Counted from the first letter of the whole stretch, positions 11,639-28,854 are shown. The stretch: DNA of 57,518 bases, filler included, from Basidioascus undulatus (GCA_000826855.1; 4 parts of 4 records of this genome joined end to end with filler, not necessarily neighbours in it), one strand, 5' to 3'. Notes: generated from the sequence alone by a model not told the origin. A program made the numbers and translations.

Positions 11639-12712
11639 ATGGCGCCCAGCGACATATAAGTCGACATCGATCAGTCCGGCCGCGACCGTGATAGAGCCGG
11701 ACAAGTAAACCGAGAAGACCGTTGCCGTCGAAACGGCGTCCTTGCCGGAAGTAGTTTCGGAGGAGAAGCCGGCGCAGAAATGATGGGGCCAGGGAAGGCA
11801 GCACTGGTTCGCACCCTTCCTTCGCATTCAGCTTATGTTTCAGAGGATCGGAATTGATGGACCGTCCAAGTGGGACTTTCTCATGCCCAAGGGACCTCCA
11901 GCTCCCCCGCCGGTAAGCATCGACGACGCGTTTGCGAAAGCGTCGCTGTTCAGCGTCTACACGTTTCATTGGATCCATGTGAGCGACCTCACAAGGATGG
12001 GCAGTTTGCGGAATCACTGACAGCCCCACCCGTCCGAAAGCCGCTCATGCGACTGGTACCATCCCCCATGATCAGCGACTTCGAGCCGTTGTTGACCTCC
12101 GTTCGTCTCAGGGGTACGCTCGGTCGCTGCAGAAGGAGGACCTGTGGCGTCTCGACGAGCCTCGCCAAGCCGCCGTCATCGCAAAGCGTCTTGACGCCAC
12201 TTTCCACAAGCGCTTAGAGAAAGCCGAAGCCTACAATGCGAGGCTGGACGCAGGCGAAATCAAGCCCTCTGTGTGGAAGCGGGCGTGCTGGGCGCTGAAA
12301 GGGCGCGAGGAGGCGGCGAAGGTGGAGGAGGAACGGAGGCGCAACGAGGGGCGGAAGCAGGCCAGCTTGGTGCGTTCTTGTATTTTTAAATTCCCCCGTT
12401 TTGGGCGGTTTGTACTGATCCTGCCTCTGTTGAAGGGCTGGTCATTGAGCGAGACGTTCGGTCTGTACTACTGGAATGGGCTGTTCTTCAAGATCGCTGC
12501 GGACACCCTCCAAGTGTGCTCGCCCCTCGTGACTAAAGTAAGAAGCGCTGTCCTGTTCATAAAAGTGTCACTCCACTGACGATGTTCTTGGAAGGCCATC
12601 ATCCGCTTTGTCACCGACTCGGCAAGTGCGAGAAGGTCGGGGACTCCGCAGCCCAACATCGGCAAGGGCATCGGCTACGCGATCGCCCTGCTCATCATGC
12701 AGCTCCTGAGTG
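11639..12712 (+). pseudogene. 5' fragment of a YOR1/MRP-like (ABCC) ABC transporter
   Basis: PKGPPAPPPVSIDDA..ASLFSVYTFHWI, GYARSLQKEDLWRLDEPRQA, YNARLDAGEIKPS, EGRKQASL|GWSLSETFG..FFKIAADTLQVCSPLVTK|AIIRFV..PNIGKGIGYAIALLIMQLL. Stops at 11657, 11706 and 11781. Homology ends ~12712 with no NBD. Confidence 0.82.
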
Positions 12713-13504
12713 TGCCTACCAGGGCTGTGGGCAGGAGCACAACGTACCCTCTTCAGTCATGACCCGGGTTTAGCGACACTGCCGGATGTCTGCCGCGTTG
12801 CGTCGGACGACATTACTAGCAGAGGAACCAGAATAATGCGTGAGATCGCCGGAAGCAAGTTTGTGTGCAAGCGGAGAGGGACGAGATGGTGGGTGGCGAA
12901 AAACAAGGAGAACGCAGACAGCCTCAGTTCTGCTTTGACCTCGTCCAAGCATGGACGTGTCGGAAAAGATGTTGCATTTGACTTTTCATTATGCTTCCCA
13001 TTCTGCCCTTTGTGATTAATCAGATGTCTGTATGTCTGTTCTGTAAAAGTGCCTATTTGATTTAGCGCACACGTTTGAGATAAAAATGAGTGTGTCTGCT
13101 GTCAATGAGGGCTGCCGGTTTCCGCGTTTCCTTCTGCATCCCATTCGCGGTTGCCTGCAGCCACAGGAGTCATGCCAAGCAAGTTTTAGGCGTATGCATT
13201 TCTGCACAATAATCGCCTTCTTATTTACAAAATGAGTTAGTGGCTGCGCGGGGGGGGGAGGGGGTGACGCACTGAAAAGCAATGCTGCGAAGTCGAGCCG
13301 ACTGACATCCGAGGAGCTGAAAAAGAATCCTGAACATTCGCGTTGTCCTTACAAACGGGCATACCCCTGTGGAAGAACTGGTTCATGCATATTGGCTGCG
13401 TTCAAAGGAATAAACAATCTTAACCATCGATATTTCAAGCTCATGGGAGGGCCAAACGCCCCTCAACAGACATTTCAGCTGACATACGCCTACATCTCTC
13501 TATA

Positions 13505-14200
13505 GTAACCGGCAAAGCAGTCTCTGGGATTCTCAGCTCCTGCGACACTCCTCTCCCCAGCGGCTGGTCGAGCCCGATTCTTCCTTCCGGTCCGATCTCC
13601 GTCAGCTCATCGCCTCGCATGTCGCCCGGGACTCGCTGTCCCTTTTCACACCCTCCGAGTTCGCCCTCCGCTCCAGCCCGAACGTGGTCTTCTTCGACGC
13701 TCGCATCGGCTTCAATCGCCTTGGCACCTGGGCATACGACCGCGAACGCCACATGCTTGAGTGGCTCGGCGACATGCGGTTCCTTGCCCTTATGCGCGCT
13801 ACCGGGCGAGACCGCAGCTAGAAGGACGGAGAGAACGGGTTGACTAGTTTTCAGGCGCGCTCGGTTTATACCCAAATTGTCAACACCTCCGGCGGCTGCG
13901 GCTCGGACAAGTGGGTGCGCCCGACGCTCGACCAGTGGCTGCCGATCCGCTCCTCGGGAGAGTCTGCGAATGACCGCTCGGCCTGGCTACCGTACTACCG
14001 TGCTTTGACCGGAGTGGACGGTCCTGGAGTGACGGCGGAAGGAGGGCGGACGGTCGTGGATGTCAGGCTGTCGGCGCTTCTGCTGCTCTTTATGATGGGG
14101 TCGAACAAGGAGACGACAACTCATCCAAGCGTGGGGCAGGACGGCGTTTGGACGCTGCCGGAAATTGAGGGAGAACCAGGGGAAGGACGAGCATCTGTAT
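13505..14200 (+). other. Possible coding relic of an unknown protein
   Basis: Protein-like frames PNVVFFDARIGFNRLGTWAYDRERHMLEWLGDMR and ARSVYTQIVNTSGGCGSDKWVRPTLDQWLP separated by an intron-like segment (~13779-13854, TTGAC..TTTCAG). No family recognised. Confidence 0.35.
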
Positions 14201-14330
14201 GTGAATGTTTCGGAGGACATTCTGGTTCGCATGGGCTAGGGCGTGATGTACAGAACGCAGTTCGGACAGCTTGTCATGATGCAGTGTTGCTTGCTCAAAT
14301 TGGCAGATTGAGTCCGTGAATGTTACAAGT

Positions 14331-14430
14331 NNNNNNNNNNNNNNNNNNNNNNNNNNNNNNNNNNNNNNNNNNNNTTAATTAATTAANNNNNNNNNNNNNN
14401 NNNNNNNNNNNNNNNNNNNNNNNNNNNNNN
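14331..14430. other. Artificial contig spacer
   Basis: N44-TTAATTAATTAA-N44 (stop codons in all six frames). Confidence 0.98.
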
Positions 14431-15296
14431 GTGGTTTGCGGAGAAGGAGCTATGGTATTGTTGGTGTGGGGGGTTGGGAGGAGGGAGAGGTATATTTGGG
14501 GAGGGTTAATAGTTATTGCTTAAGGGGATGGAAAGAAAGGAAGCATTGATGGGATAATTTGCGAGGGGGACGATGCAGGGTCGTGCGAGGCGGGCGCGAC
14601 CCGCACGACAGCGACAACAGATGGCAATGCGAGATAAATTGGGAAGCAGGATTGCATGATATATGGGATGCTGTATGGCGGCAGGCCTCGTGATGCAAAA
14701 CGACAAGTTGGCATCGAGGCGACGGGGCGATACGCAGACCTGTCCAGCACTGTCAATCGCACCCGATCTATTCCGTCCAACGACGTCGTCAGTGCCGTAG
14801 ATGATTTGAATGGAAGCATGTGCGGATGACAGGCAAGAGGGTCAGAAGGAAGGCATTAAGCGGTAGGTCACCATGGGGTTTTTGCGCTTTAAGACATTCG
14901 AGCCGTAGCTCCATCCGTCACGTATCATCTTTCCCAATACCCGCCATCCGGGAACATAACACGACGAGGAAGGACTTGAGACTCACATATACCGGTGCCG
15001 AGGGAGAAGGGGCGAAGAGATGATCGGGAAGAGAGTGAGAAGAGAGGAGGGAAGAGAAGACGCAGAGCTTGAGCGGCGCGCAGCCGTGCTTTGAATCCAT
15101 TGCGGCCCTTAGGGAGTACGGCCGATACCTAACCTCCGAGAACGTTCGCTGACTGTGACGGCTGACGCCAAATAGTGACGCTACTAGGTATATCGATAGC
15201 GCGTCTTCGCCCTTGCACGTCGCCTCGCTCACAACGTTACCGACGGACAGTCACTTTCGACAACCCTCACACTCTCACCGCTGACTCTAGCCCGCG

Positions 15297-19296
<4,000 letters not shown>

Positions 19297-19659
19297 AGTG
19301 GCTTGGGATGGCTGCCTTTTCTTTTTCTCGAACTCTTTGGAGTAGAAACGTTGTTGCATTGCATACATTTTGCATCGAAGTGTTGAATGGTTGCATGCTT
19401 GCTGTGTCTGCTTGTGGAAAAATACTGTAGTAACGGAAAATTGTTGAAGTCTTGAAGGCAGCGTAGGCCGCAGGCAGCGCACCGCCGGCACCGTCGGCTG
19501 TTGACGGGCGTGAAAGTTCGGCTGACAGGTCCGAAGCCTTCCCGAAGCTCCCGAAGCGGCTCGACAAGTCAGGTCCATGGGCGTCTCTCTTCCGCTCTCC
19601 CTTATTCTCATCTCCCTGTCGCCGCTCTCTGACTCTGCTCTCCACGCTCACTACTGAAA

Positions 19660-21277
19660 ATGGCGCCCTACAAGATCACTGTTCTCCCCGGCGATGGTAT
19701 CGGTCAGTCGAGCGCACACGACAGCCACAACCTCCTCCCCAACTTGCGTCATTTGGGCTGACCCTCCCACGGTCTTCTCGCTTGCTTCTGCGCTTGTGCA
19801 GGCCCCGAGGTCGTCGACGAGGCGGTCCGCGTGCTCGAGACTATCTCCAAGCTGCGCCCTGTGGTCCAGTTCGAGCTCAAGAACTACGACTTTGGCGGCA
19901 TCGCGATCGACAACCACGGCAAGCCCCTGCCGGAGGAGACGCTCGAGGCGTGCCGGTCGGCGGACGCTATCCTCATGGGTGAGCTCATTAACCTTTATAA
20001 TGTCCTGGGATTAGCATGGGGATGAGGATAGGCATGCTGACAATTGGCTGCTCAGGCTCGGTTGGTGGCCCGAAGTGGGGACCATCTTCTCCCGTTCGCC
20101 CTGAGCAGGGCATCCTCGCTCTCCGCAAGGCCCTCGGCCTCTTCGCCAACATCCGCCCCGCCTCCTTCGCTTCAGAATCCCTCCTCGCCTACACCCCGCT
20201 CAAGGAGTCCGTCGCTAAGGGCACGGACGTCATCATCCTCCGCGAGCTGGTGCATCGCTTCTCCCCCGATCAACCTGGCACCGCAAACACTAACGCTGAG
20301 GGAGGATCACAAACCAGACTGGTGGTATCTACTTTGGTGAGCGTCAGGAGGCGGATGCGAAGGGCTACTCGTGGGACAAGATGGAGTACACGCGGGAGGA
20401 GGTCCAGCGCGTCGCGAAGGTCGCTGCGCAGCTCGCCCTTCAGTACGACCCTCCCCTTGCCGTGCACAGCATTGACAAGGTGAGTCCGGGGCTTGAAGAT
20501 GAAAGGGGTGCGCTTTGGGGCGACAATGCTGATGTGGCGGTATACAGGCGAACGTCCTGGCGACTTCCCGTCTGTGGAGGAAGGAGGTCACTGAGCTGTA
20601 CGCGAAGGAGTACCCCCAGCTGTCTCTGGACCACCACTACGGTATGCCCTTTGCATTTTTCACGCATTCGTAGCAATTTTCTCATGAGGTGTGCGCATGT
20701 AGTCGACTCCGCGTCCATGCTCCTCATCCAGAACCCCCGCAAGCTGAACGGCGTCATTCTCACTGAGAACCTATTCGGCGACATGTGAGTTCAAGCGCTG
20801 CGCCCCAGATTGCAGAATAGTGCTCATGTGCTCGTGGCGTGCAGTCTTTCCGACGAGGCTTCCGTCATCCCTGGCTCGCTCGGTCTCCTCCCCTCCGCTT
20901 CCCTCAACGCCGCCCCGAGCCAGGGTGTCAAGGCGCTCGGTCTGTACGAGCCCATCCACGGCTCCGTACGGGTCCTTTCCTCCACTTCCCTCTCATGACT
21001 GCCTCTGATCGCTTCGAACCCTTTTCAGGCGCCCGACATCGCCGGCCATGGCATCGCCAACCCCGTCGGCACGATCCTCTCCGCTGCGCTCCTCCTCCGC
21101 TACTCGCTCGGCCTGCACGCCGAGGCCCAGGCCGTCGAGGACGCCGTGCGCAAGGTCCTCGACGACAAGTCCATTGGCGGCGTTGGCCTCCGGACCAAGG
21201 ACCTCGGCGGCGACGCGAACACGAAGCAGATTGGCGACGCCGTGGTGCAGGCGCTGGAGCAGATCCTCAAGGCATAG
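19660..21277 (+). CDS. LEU2: 3-isopropylmalate dehydrogenase
   Basis: [100 protein letters not shown]. Seven introns; intact frame. Confidence 0.97.
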
Positions 21278-21957
21278 AGGGGGTGGTGATGTGGAGTGAA
21301 TGAGTATTCCCGGACACATGGGTCGGATACATTTTAATGACTGAGAGTGTCAGATTGATGCTTGTCTTGGGTAGGGCAAGCAGACTGGTTCTAGAACCTC
21401 TAACCCGCCGAAGTCTGCATAAGGCGCCGCGTTCGGCGAGTACCATGACTGCGACCCCGCTGATGGGCACCAAGGATAACGGTGTGAATCTGAAAGCCGA
21501 CCCAGCTTCGTCCGGGCAACTCCTCAACGGAAACACGCAGGACAACTGAAGCATGCATGCAAAGCTCGGTGCCTTCCACCGTTACGACTTGACTATCAAC
21601 GCTGAACTGTTTGTTCGAGCCATGACGGCCGTTGATACCCTGTTCCAAGTGTCAGCAATTGCTCCGTGTCAGTGCCGCATGCTCGGGCTGCGAAGTCAAG
21701 GAGACTCGCCTCCCCGCAGTCCATTTGTGCCACAAGCTCAAGTTGAGCTTGCGACGCCCTGGCAGGAGCGAAATTCAGTACTTCCCCAACTCCTTGATTC
21801 CGAAAAGTTGAGAGAATGATGCCAACCTAGGATGCACATCTCTGCGTGGTGATACTCTACCAGCTGTGGCAGAATGGCAGCGACATCCCCATGTGCGATA
21901 TGCACAGTCGCTTGCACCTTTCCATTGCCCAGTCAAACCATCTTCTTAAGGTAAGTC

Positions 21958-22651
21958 TCATCTGTACGGAATACGTACCCCCTTCTCCTTGACCCTCCTC
22001 GCCTGCTCGTTGGCCAGCTTCAGCGCCGCAGCGCGGAGGCTCAGCAGTTCGCGCAGGTCTGGGTCCTCCGCGCCAACAGCTTCAAAGACCGCATCAGACC
22101 ACTCAGATGTGGTGCTCGGGGGTGCATTGTAAGGCAGAATGGTGAGGATAAAGACGCTGTTGAGTCCGAATAGATGAGCCACTTGGCGTGCTTGGATGCG
22201 CGTAAGAACAGACGTGCTGGTCGTCGTTTCTGATGACACGGTCCAGGTAACTGTCCATACAATGGGAGGTCAAGATAGAAATATAAAAACAGAATTGGAT
22301 AGGAACTTGCTAATCCAACGCTCGCTGGGCGTCTGGCTGAGGGAAACCACCACACGCTCCTGGGTTACTTTTGTGCACGTCTCTCGGACCGTTGGCCCGC
22401 CGGTCTGCAGGAACAAGAGTCGTACTCACAGTCTTGTTCCACGCGACGACGACGCGTCGCCTCCCCTCTTCCTTCACCTCCTGCCCTTTCTTCCCTTGAA
22501 ACACCTCGTGGTGGCGCTCTGGAAGCGCTGCCGGCGTGGTCGACACAGTCTCCTACGAGAAGCGGAAGAGCGGACAGAATTGAGATATAACTGTCAATCT
22601 CGGAGCCTGGCAGATGCTCAAGATGCTCACTTCTGTGGGTATGTCCAACAT
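21958..22651 (-). other. Possible small multi-exon hypothetical gene or relic
   Basis: MLDIPTE|GTGAGC intron, then ETVSTTPAALPERHHEVF...VVAWNKT|GTGAGT, and a terminal exon ...VAHLFGLNSVFILTILPY...RVKEKGVRIPYR*. No family recognised. Confidence 0.35.
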
Positions 22652-25111
22652 GGATGGGTAGATCGAGTAGGACGAGAAGAGAAGGACGAGAAGAGAGCAG
22701 TACTCGACCGAATCCGAGATGAAAGGATGCAAACAAGCGGAAGCTGAGATAGTTTGGCCATTCTTTACACCTGACTTTCGGGTACCTATACGAACCTTGG
22801 CGTGCTAACAATACGGAGCAATTACTCGTATTAGGTATAGCATGCGCCGTCCATCTGTTGCACCGAACGGCTGACGCGGAAGACAAGCCGGGCACACAGC
22901 CGCAGCCGAAGTGTATGAGAACCGGGCTTCCGCATCCTACACATCAGAGATTTCGCCCGTCGGTGAATGGGGTAGGAACAAGAGGGACATATCCTTCTAC
23001 GGGTGGCAGGGCGTGATCAGCACTGAGCGCAACCCAACATGCAGTGCCGTCGCCGTATCCACAGAAAAAGAAGAAGAAAAAAACGTCGACGTTTTGTCCG
23101 TCCTTTCATCGCCCATGCGGCTTCACTCATTTTGACTCACTCGATGTGCATACTTCCTCCCCGCTTCCTCAGACCACCGTCAGCTCACCTCGACATGAAG
23201 CCGCGCTCAGCTGTCTTGGCGCGCAGAAGCACCGCTTGACCAGGCGCAGCTGTTCCTGATAGAGACTGGTAGAGCTCCATCACCGGACGGTTGCACGACC
23301 AAATTCTTCAAGCAACACGTCCGAAAGTGATGACTGCGCGAAAGCCTGGAATTTTTGGATAGACATCGCCTTGTACTCCACATGTTTACTTGCACAAGTG
23401 CAATATTATTTGGCGCATGTATTCCACAAGGTAGCGCATACCTTTTCATTAGAAAGCTATAGTTTCCCAACAATTGAATGAATGCCAGTATACGACTACT
23501 TCACGCAAAAGCTAATTGGCTCGTCCTGGGGACAGGACATCTTGCTACCCGTCTATTTAGAAACCATGAGACCTTTAAACCTACATGAGTGGAAAAGCAA
23601 TGTTCTTCCTTCTCTCACGGCAGTGCAGGATGCACTGCAAGGCCTGGAAAGTAGCCTGCTGCACCCGCTACCGACCTGTGCCTGTCGCGAGCAAGGGCGT
23701 GCATAGGAAAAGCGCAGGGGAGGTGGTGCTTTATGTGGGGAGAGTGCTGCAGCACGCAAAGTCCGCAACGAGCTGAATCGATAGCTTGTTCGCATCTGGT
23801 AGGTCTGATAACTATTTATGGTAGAAGTCGTGAAGGAACACACATCGAATTGTATGCGAAGATCCAGGTGCGGACATTCATACTTCGCTGTCCAACTGCC
23901 AGCAAAGAGAAAAGTCTGAGGATCGCGCATAAGGCAGGCGGATGTGTGTGTATGTGAGTGTAGATGTGTGTATGCGGGTGTGCGTGCGGTACATATGCGC
24001 TGCCTCGCGATCAAGGCGGCATACAACAGCCTCGAAGAGTTGCTTTTGCGTCGCGGACGGAGGGGATACGGCACTGGGTGGCTATGGGTGGGGCTATGGG
24101 GCTATACTTAGCCAGCAGTGACCTTGGCAAAACCAGACCGTACAGTTCCCGAGCCAGGAGCAGCGCGGGTGCTCAAGCGGTAGCGCGCAGGGTAGCGGCT
24201 ATGGCGCCGGCATCGCTTCACCGGCCGTGTTTTACCCGCGCTCCTCCGCTGGCCAGTCTCGCATAGCTTCGAGGTGGCAGACAAGCCAATATTCGCCCAA
24301 CAAAGGGGTCAGTTGCAAGAGAACACGCAACGGCGGCCTCTGGCTCAACATCACGAGCCAGTAGAGATGAAGATGTGTGGGCCGATGACCTGGACTCCTC
24401 CTCAGCTGCTTTAAGCTGTATCAGCCCTGCTTTGTTTTGCCAAAGGCGTTCGGAGTGCGTTGCGAAGGGATAGGAGCACACGATGCAAACGTTGGTTAGC
24501 TCACTAAGCTGGAGCACAAGCTGCAGGTCGTCCTCGACAACGCGCTCTCTTCTCAAGCCTCGCTTCACGCAGCTGTGGGAGCTGGCTTCTAAGGGACCAC
24601 TTGGCCTAGCTGGTCTACCTTGACACTTGCCACGGTTTACTGTTCTACTGTGCACTATCATGCAAAACCTCTGGCAGACCCCCGGAACACCGCCTCGCGG
24701 CCTCCAGTCTTTGTTCTCTATGTGCGGGGCACATGTTGCGCACAGCTTCGGGACCTCGCTGCAGCTCTCCGCAAAAAATGACGGTTCGAGGGAGTGCAGA
24801 GCATAGGCTTGTCAGGTCTAGCACTAGCATCGTCTTAGTCTCCCGGTACTGGACCGAAGCCGTGCTGCCCTACTGTTGCCGTCCCGAGCGTGGACGCTGC
24901 GCTGCACTTCGGCCATCGGCGACCGTCACGGCATCCGACTCACAGCATCAAAGGCTCACCGGGGCCAACAGCAGATAAATAGCTTCCGCCTCCCCGACAA
25001 CTCTCAAGCGCAGCAAAGCAGTTACCAGTCCAGCATCAACTTTCTCCTCCCCTGTGAGAGCGCCTTGTATGAATGCTGGGACTGATCCTCTTCCATTCCT
25101 CAGCCGCTGCC

Positions 25112-25440
25112 ATGCAAGTCCGCACCCTTACTGCCGCCGTCGCTGCCGCCCTGGCCTTGGCCTCCTCGGTCGCCGCCGTCGACGTTACTTTCTACGTTGG
25201 GCCGACTGCCACGGTGCAAGTCTTGGCTCCTCGAAGGTGCACGAGGTCTACAACCCCTACAACGCCCCGACCAACACGCGCTCTATGACCATCTCGGACA
25301 ACAGCCTGAACCGCCTCATCATCGCCGCCGACGCTTCGACGTGCCGCGGCGACACTGCAAACGCGGACCAGCTCAGAGGCAATGGCTGCCTCACCGCACG
25401 CGCTGCCAGCGGCTTCACGTGCTACTCGCTCCACGAGTGA
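25112..25440 (+). pseudogene. Small secreted Cys-containing protein with a single frameshift
   Basis: Signal peptide MQVRTLTAAVAAALALASSVAA-VDVTFYVG in one frame. Mature part ADCHGASLG...STCRG...GNGCL...GFTCYSLHE* in another; the frames join by adding 1 nt at ~25199-25201. 5'UTR intron ~25054-25103. Confidence 0.7.
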
Positions 25441-26533
25441 GCGGAGCGGCAATATGTAGGAAACGTAGGTGATGGAAGCTTGCCAGGTGGCGGAATTGGG
25501 CTCTCAATCTCTATATGGATTTTGCGGCTCCCAGGAACACTGTGGGCCTTCTTCAGCTAAATATGCCGTTGGCTGCACCGCGGAAGCTGCCGTCCATGCC
25601 AGGCCTGCTGTTTCATCTCTGAGCCTCGCATCGTTCAAGTAAATGCAGCAGCGCCCCAGCAAGACAGTATCAATCAGGCAACCAGCGGGCATCGAAAGTT
25701 TGACAAAAACGACCAACTGTTATCACTCCAGGGGTCGCGGCTGCCCACCTACCAACATTCAGATGTTCGGCAACATGATCAACCCCTCGCACTTCATATG
25801 GCTTCATTGGCGAATGACACAAATGTGGAAATTTGAGCTCATCCAGTTATGCACCACGCGACATGCTGCAGTGCCAGCTGACGTGGACACTGGCCGGGGT
25901 TGCAACTGTATGTACACGTCGACAGGCCAACTCTTTCGTCTAGAATGACTTCAGAATCGCGGGCTTTATGGCAGTTGCTCCTTCACTTCGAACCATGTAC
26001 GAGCGATTTACGAAACAATCGGGACTCATGCAAGGCCGCTTTAGCGACTCATTTCGCAAGTGCTAAATGATGTCTCGGCTTCGAAGCCCGTCAACTAGCC
26101 TGCTCTGTCCACCGTTTCTTTCCGCGTGTCGTTCGATTCAAAAACGGACGCGGTATGATCTCGGTAAATGCAGTAGTCATGTATGGTGAAGCAAGGTTCT
26201 CGAGGAACAGCCTCTCGAGTGGATGGCGATGCCTCGCATCGTTTGGCAGCGCACATGCAATGCAGCACGGTGCAAAGACAGCCGCAAGGAGATCCACCGC
26301 ATAGAACAGGGATAAACTGTTTGTAGGCAGACGGCGGACAGCCTCCAGCCGGGCCGGAGACTCCGGCATGAGGCGGTGCTCCGACCGCAGAGGCCCTCGA
26401 TCGCATAAAAGAGGCAACCTGGACAATCCTCCTTCTCATTTCGCCCTAACTTCGTCCTCAGACTTTCTTCTACATTGCCTCCATCACTAAAAGCACACCC
26501 CACATCTCCCTTCGACATTTGACCAAACCAGCA

Positions 26534-27029
26534 ATGCACGCGTTCACGCTCCTTGCGCCCGTCTTCCTCGCCCTCTCCGCCTCTTCTTCGCCCCTACTCA
26601 ATGCGCGGCAGTCGCAGGACGTGGACTCGGGGTCGAGCATCTTCCGACTCATCTTCAACGAGCATTACTGCGTCCTCCCGGCGTCGACGGACGTCCTAGG
26701 CTGTCCCGTTGAGGATCAGCTCGTCGGCGGTTCGCCGGGCAGCAATTGGACGGCATACGTCGAATCACACTCGGTTCAGGTCGTCCAAGTTCCCGCGGGC
26801 AGTCCATTCTGGATTGAGCATGTGGTGAGTCCTTCTACGGTCGACTCTCGTGCAAAATGAGTCTGCATGTGTCGAGAGTAGTCAATGGTGCTGACTGAAC
26901 TCGGTTCTGCTCCCTTCTTTGCTGCCACAGTCGATCGACGGCGAGCTCCGCAACCCCGTCGGCAGCTCGTCTCCCAACGCAGTTTTCGGTCCTGGGATCA
27001 CTCGAGGGTACGATTATACCCTGAACTAG
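26534..27029 (+). CDS. Small secreted protein (129 aa, 2 Cys), unknown function
   Basis: Signal/pro-peptide MHAFTLLAPVFLALSASSSPLLNARQ; intron GTGAGT..CTGAC..CAG 26825-26930; exon 2 SIDGELRNP...YDYTLN*. TATA-like CATAAAAG at ~26404. Confidence 0.75.
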
Positions 27030-27450
27030 GTTGCGACGACGACCAGGAGTAATGCCTCTACACGAACAATGTCTCCTTGCGCTCCGTGCCCGAAAAGACC
27101 AGGACTTTTGTGATGTTTTATTATATGCCAGCCTATTACCGCTAAATTCCAGCGCTACCGTACCTTTGGTTGCAAGGATACTCTGTGCACGATCCATGGC
27201 CCAGTGTGCCTATACAGTCTGTGAACAAGTAAACAGAGCGTGCCAATACCCTGCAGCTCGTTCACAGGGCAAAGATATTAAGTTGCCCAAGTTAGAGGTC
27301 TCATTGTTCCCTAAGGTAGGTGAGTTGAAAACAGTGAGTAACTAGAGCATCTTCTAGACGACAAGCATCCGCTCTGGCCGCCTTTTGGACGCTCTACACA
27401 GATGAGTTGAGTCTTTTCCGAGAAATAGGGTATCACAACGCTTTCGCGAA

Positions 27451-28540
27451 GTGCAGTCGGGCGGGCAGCATCGCTTGCGTCTGGCCTTAGACGCTGGACG
27501 ACACAGAAATCAGCTCGACTATCTCGGCAACCGGCACAGCCGTATGTTGCATCATTCGCGTTTCCTTCTCATGTCTCCTCTAACTTTGATTCTCTCCGTC
27601 AACAGTCCGACCGGCGACGGCCTCTTTTGGAACACCCAGACGCTACAAGATGCCGCTTCTACACGACACATCCCGCCGGCTTCTTCGGCGCGCAGGCGTT
27701 CCTGATCAAGGTCTTCAACCTCGGCTCTCGAGCTATACGCCTCAACGAGCCAGCTCAATTGCGACTTCAACCCACAACACCGCTTTTCGTGCCCGAGGGC
27801 GACGAGTCCGGGCGCGAGCGCGAGCAGCTGATGGCAGTGCGCAACAGCGCCGAGTTCGCTGAGCTCGACACGCTCGCACAAGCTTCCGCAACAGCCTTCC
27901 CGAAGCCCTGACGCGCTCTCTTAATGTCTCAGTTTCCTAAGTGTGGCAGTTCGAGGAAGAGCGCAGGATATCTGCGCTTTCCATTCTGCCAACGTGCGTC
28001 TCCGGTTCCGTTTCCATGTGGTCAGCCGAACCGTCTCACGAGCGGCCAGTCCTTGAAGGATACGTCTGGTCCTGCATGAGCTCCACATCGGCTACGACGA
28101 CGAGTCGGCCCGCATTTGCGACGAGGCGTCGATTTGAGGTCATCGAGCTCGTCGCCAAGTTGGCGTCGCCGGCGTTCGACCTCGGAAAGCTGAACTTGGC
28201 TCTGAGGTATGTGCTTGTACAGCGCTTTTCAGCCGTTAAGCCGGAGGGAGTGGATCTGACTGATGTGTGTTTCAACTCCAGCCTTGTCTGGAGGCCTGCA
28301 GCCAGCATAAGCTATGGAAGCTCCGAGATATCCGCAGGACCTCGTCGGGCTACGCGAATGCGAATGCGGACGCTGACCAGCTCAAAGCTGCCGTCGGTCT
28401 CGTAATCCATTCGCTTCGGAGAATGGGGGAGATCTGTCCGTTCGCGATGAGAGTATTTAGTCCCGCAAGGGCTTCATTCCTTCAGAGAAGGACTAAACAG
28501 GCGGTCCTGTTTGTTTCGGTCAGATTAGTCTAAAGGCGCA
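27451..28540 (+). pseudogene. Fragment of a fungal-specific (Zn2Cys6-type) transcription factor middle/C-terminal region
   Basis: WP*TLDDTEISS, VRNSAEFAELDTL..FPKP*, LVAKLASPAFDLGKL, QLKAAVGLVIHSLRRMGEICPFAMR resemble basidiomycete Fungal_trans C-termini. Stops at 27488 and 27909; frameshifts; introns retained; no zinc cluster upstream. Confidence 0.6.
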
Positions 28541-28754
28541 GATCATAGAGAAGATGCTTTCTGAGATTTTAAGACGGTGATTGGTGAATTGTCTCCAAAG
28601 GGGTTCGATAAGATGGATCTTTTTCGTCGCCTGGGCACCGGACCATCTGTTCGCTTAGACTAGCGTGCAGGAGTGCTGAGAAGTGCGAGGCGAGTCGGGT
28701 GAGAGGATGGAGATGATGATAGACGAAGGACGGGCCAAACTAACAAGACGGAAG

Positions 28755-28854
28755 NNNNNNNNNNNNNNNNNNNNNNNNNNNNNNNNNNNNNNNNNNNNTT
28801 AATTAATTAANNNNNNNNNNNNNNNNNNNNNNNNNNNNNNNNNNNNNNNNNNNN
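28755..28854. other. Artificial contig spacer
   Basis: N44-TTAATTAATTAA-N44. Confidence 0.98.

Noticed and set aside
14375..14386. TTAATTAATTAA as a piggyBac TTAA target or biological repeat (also 28799 and 43218)
   Set aside because: Identical each time and centred in N44 runs: a synthetic six-frame-stop linker.
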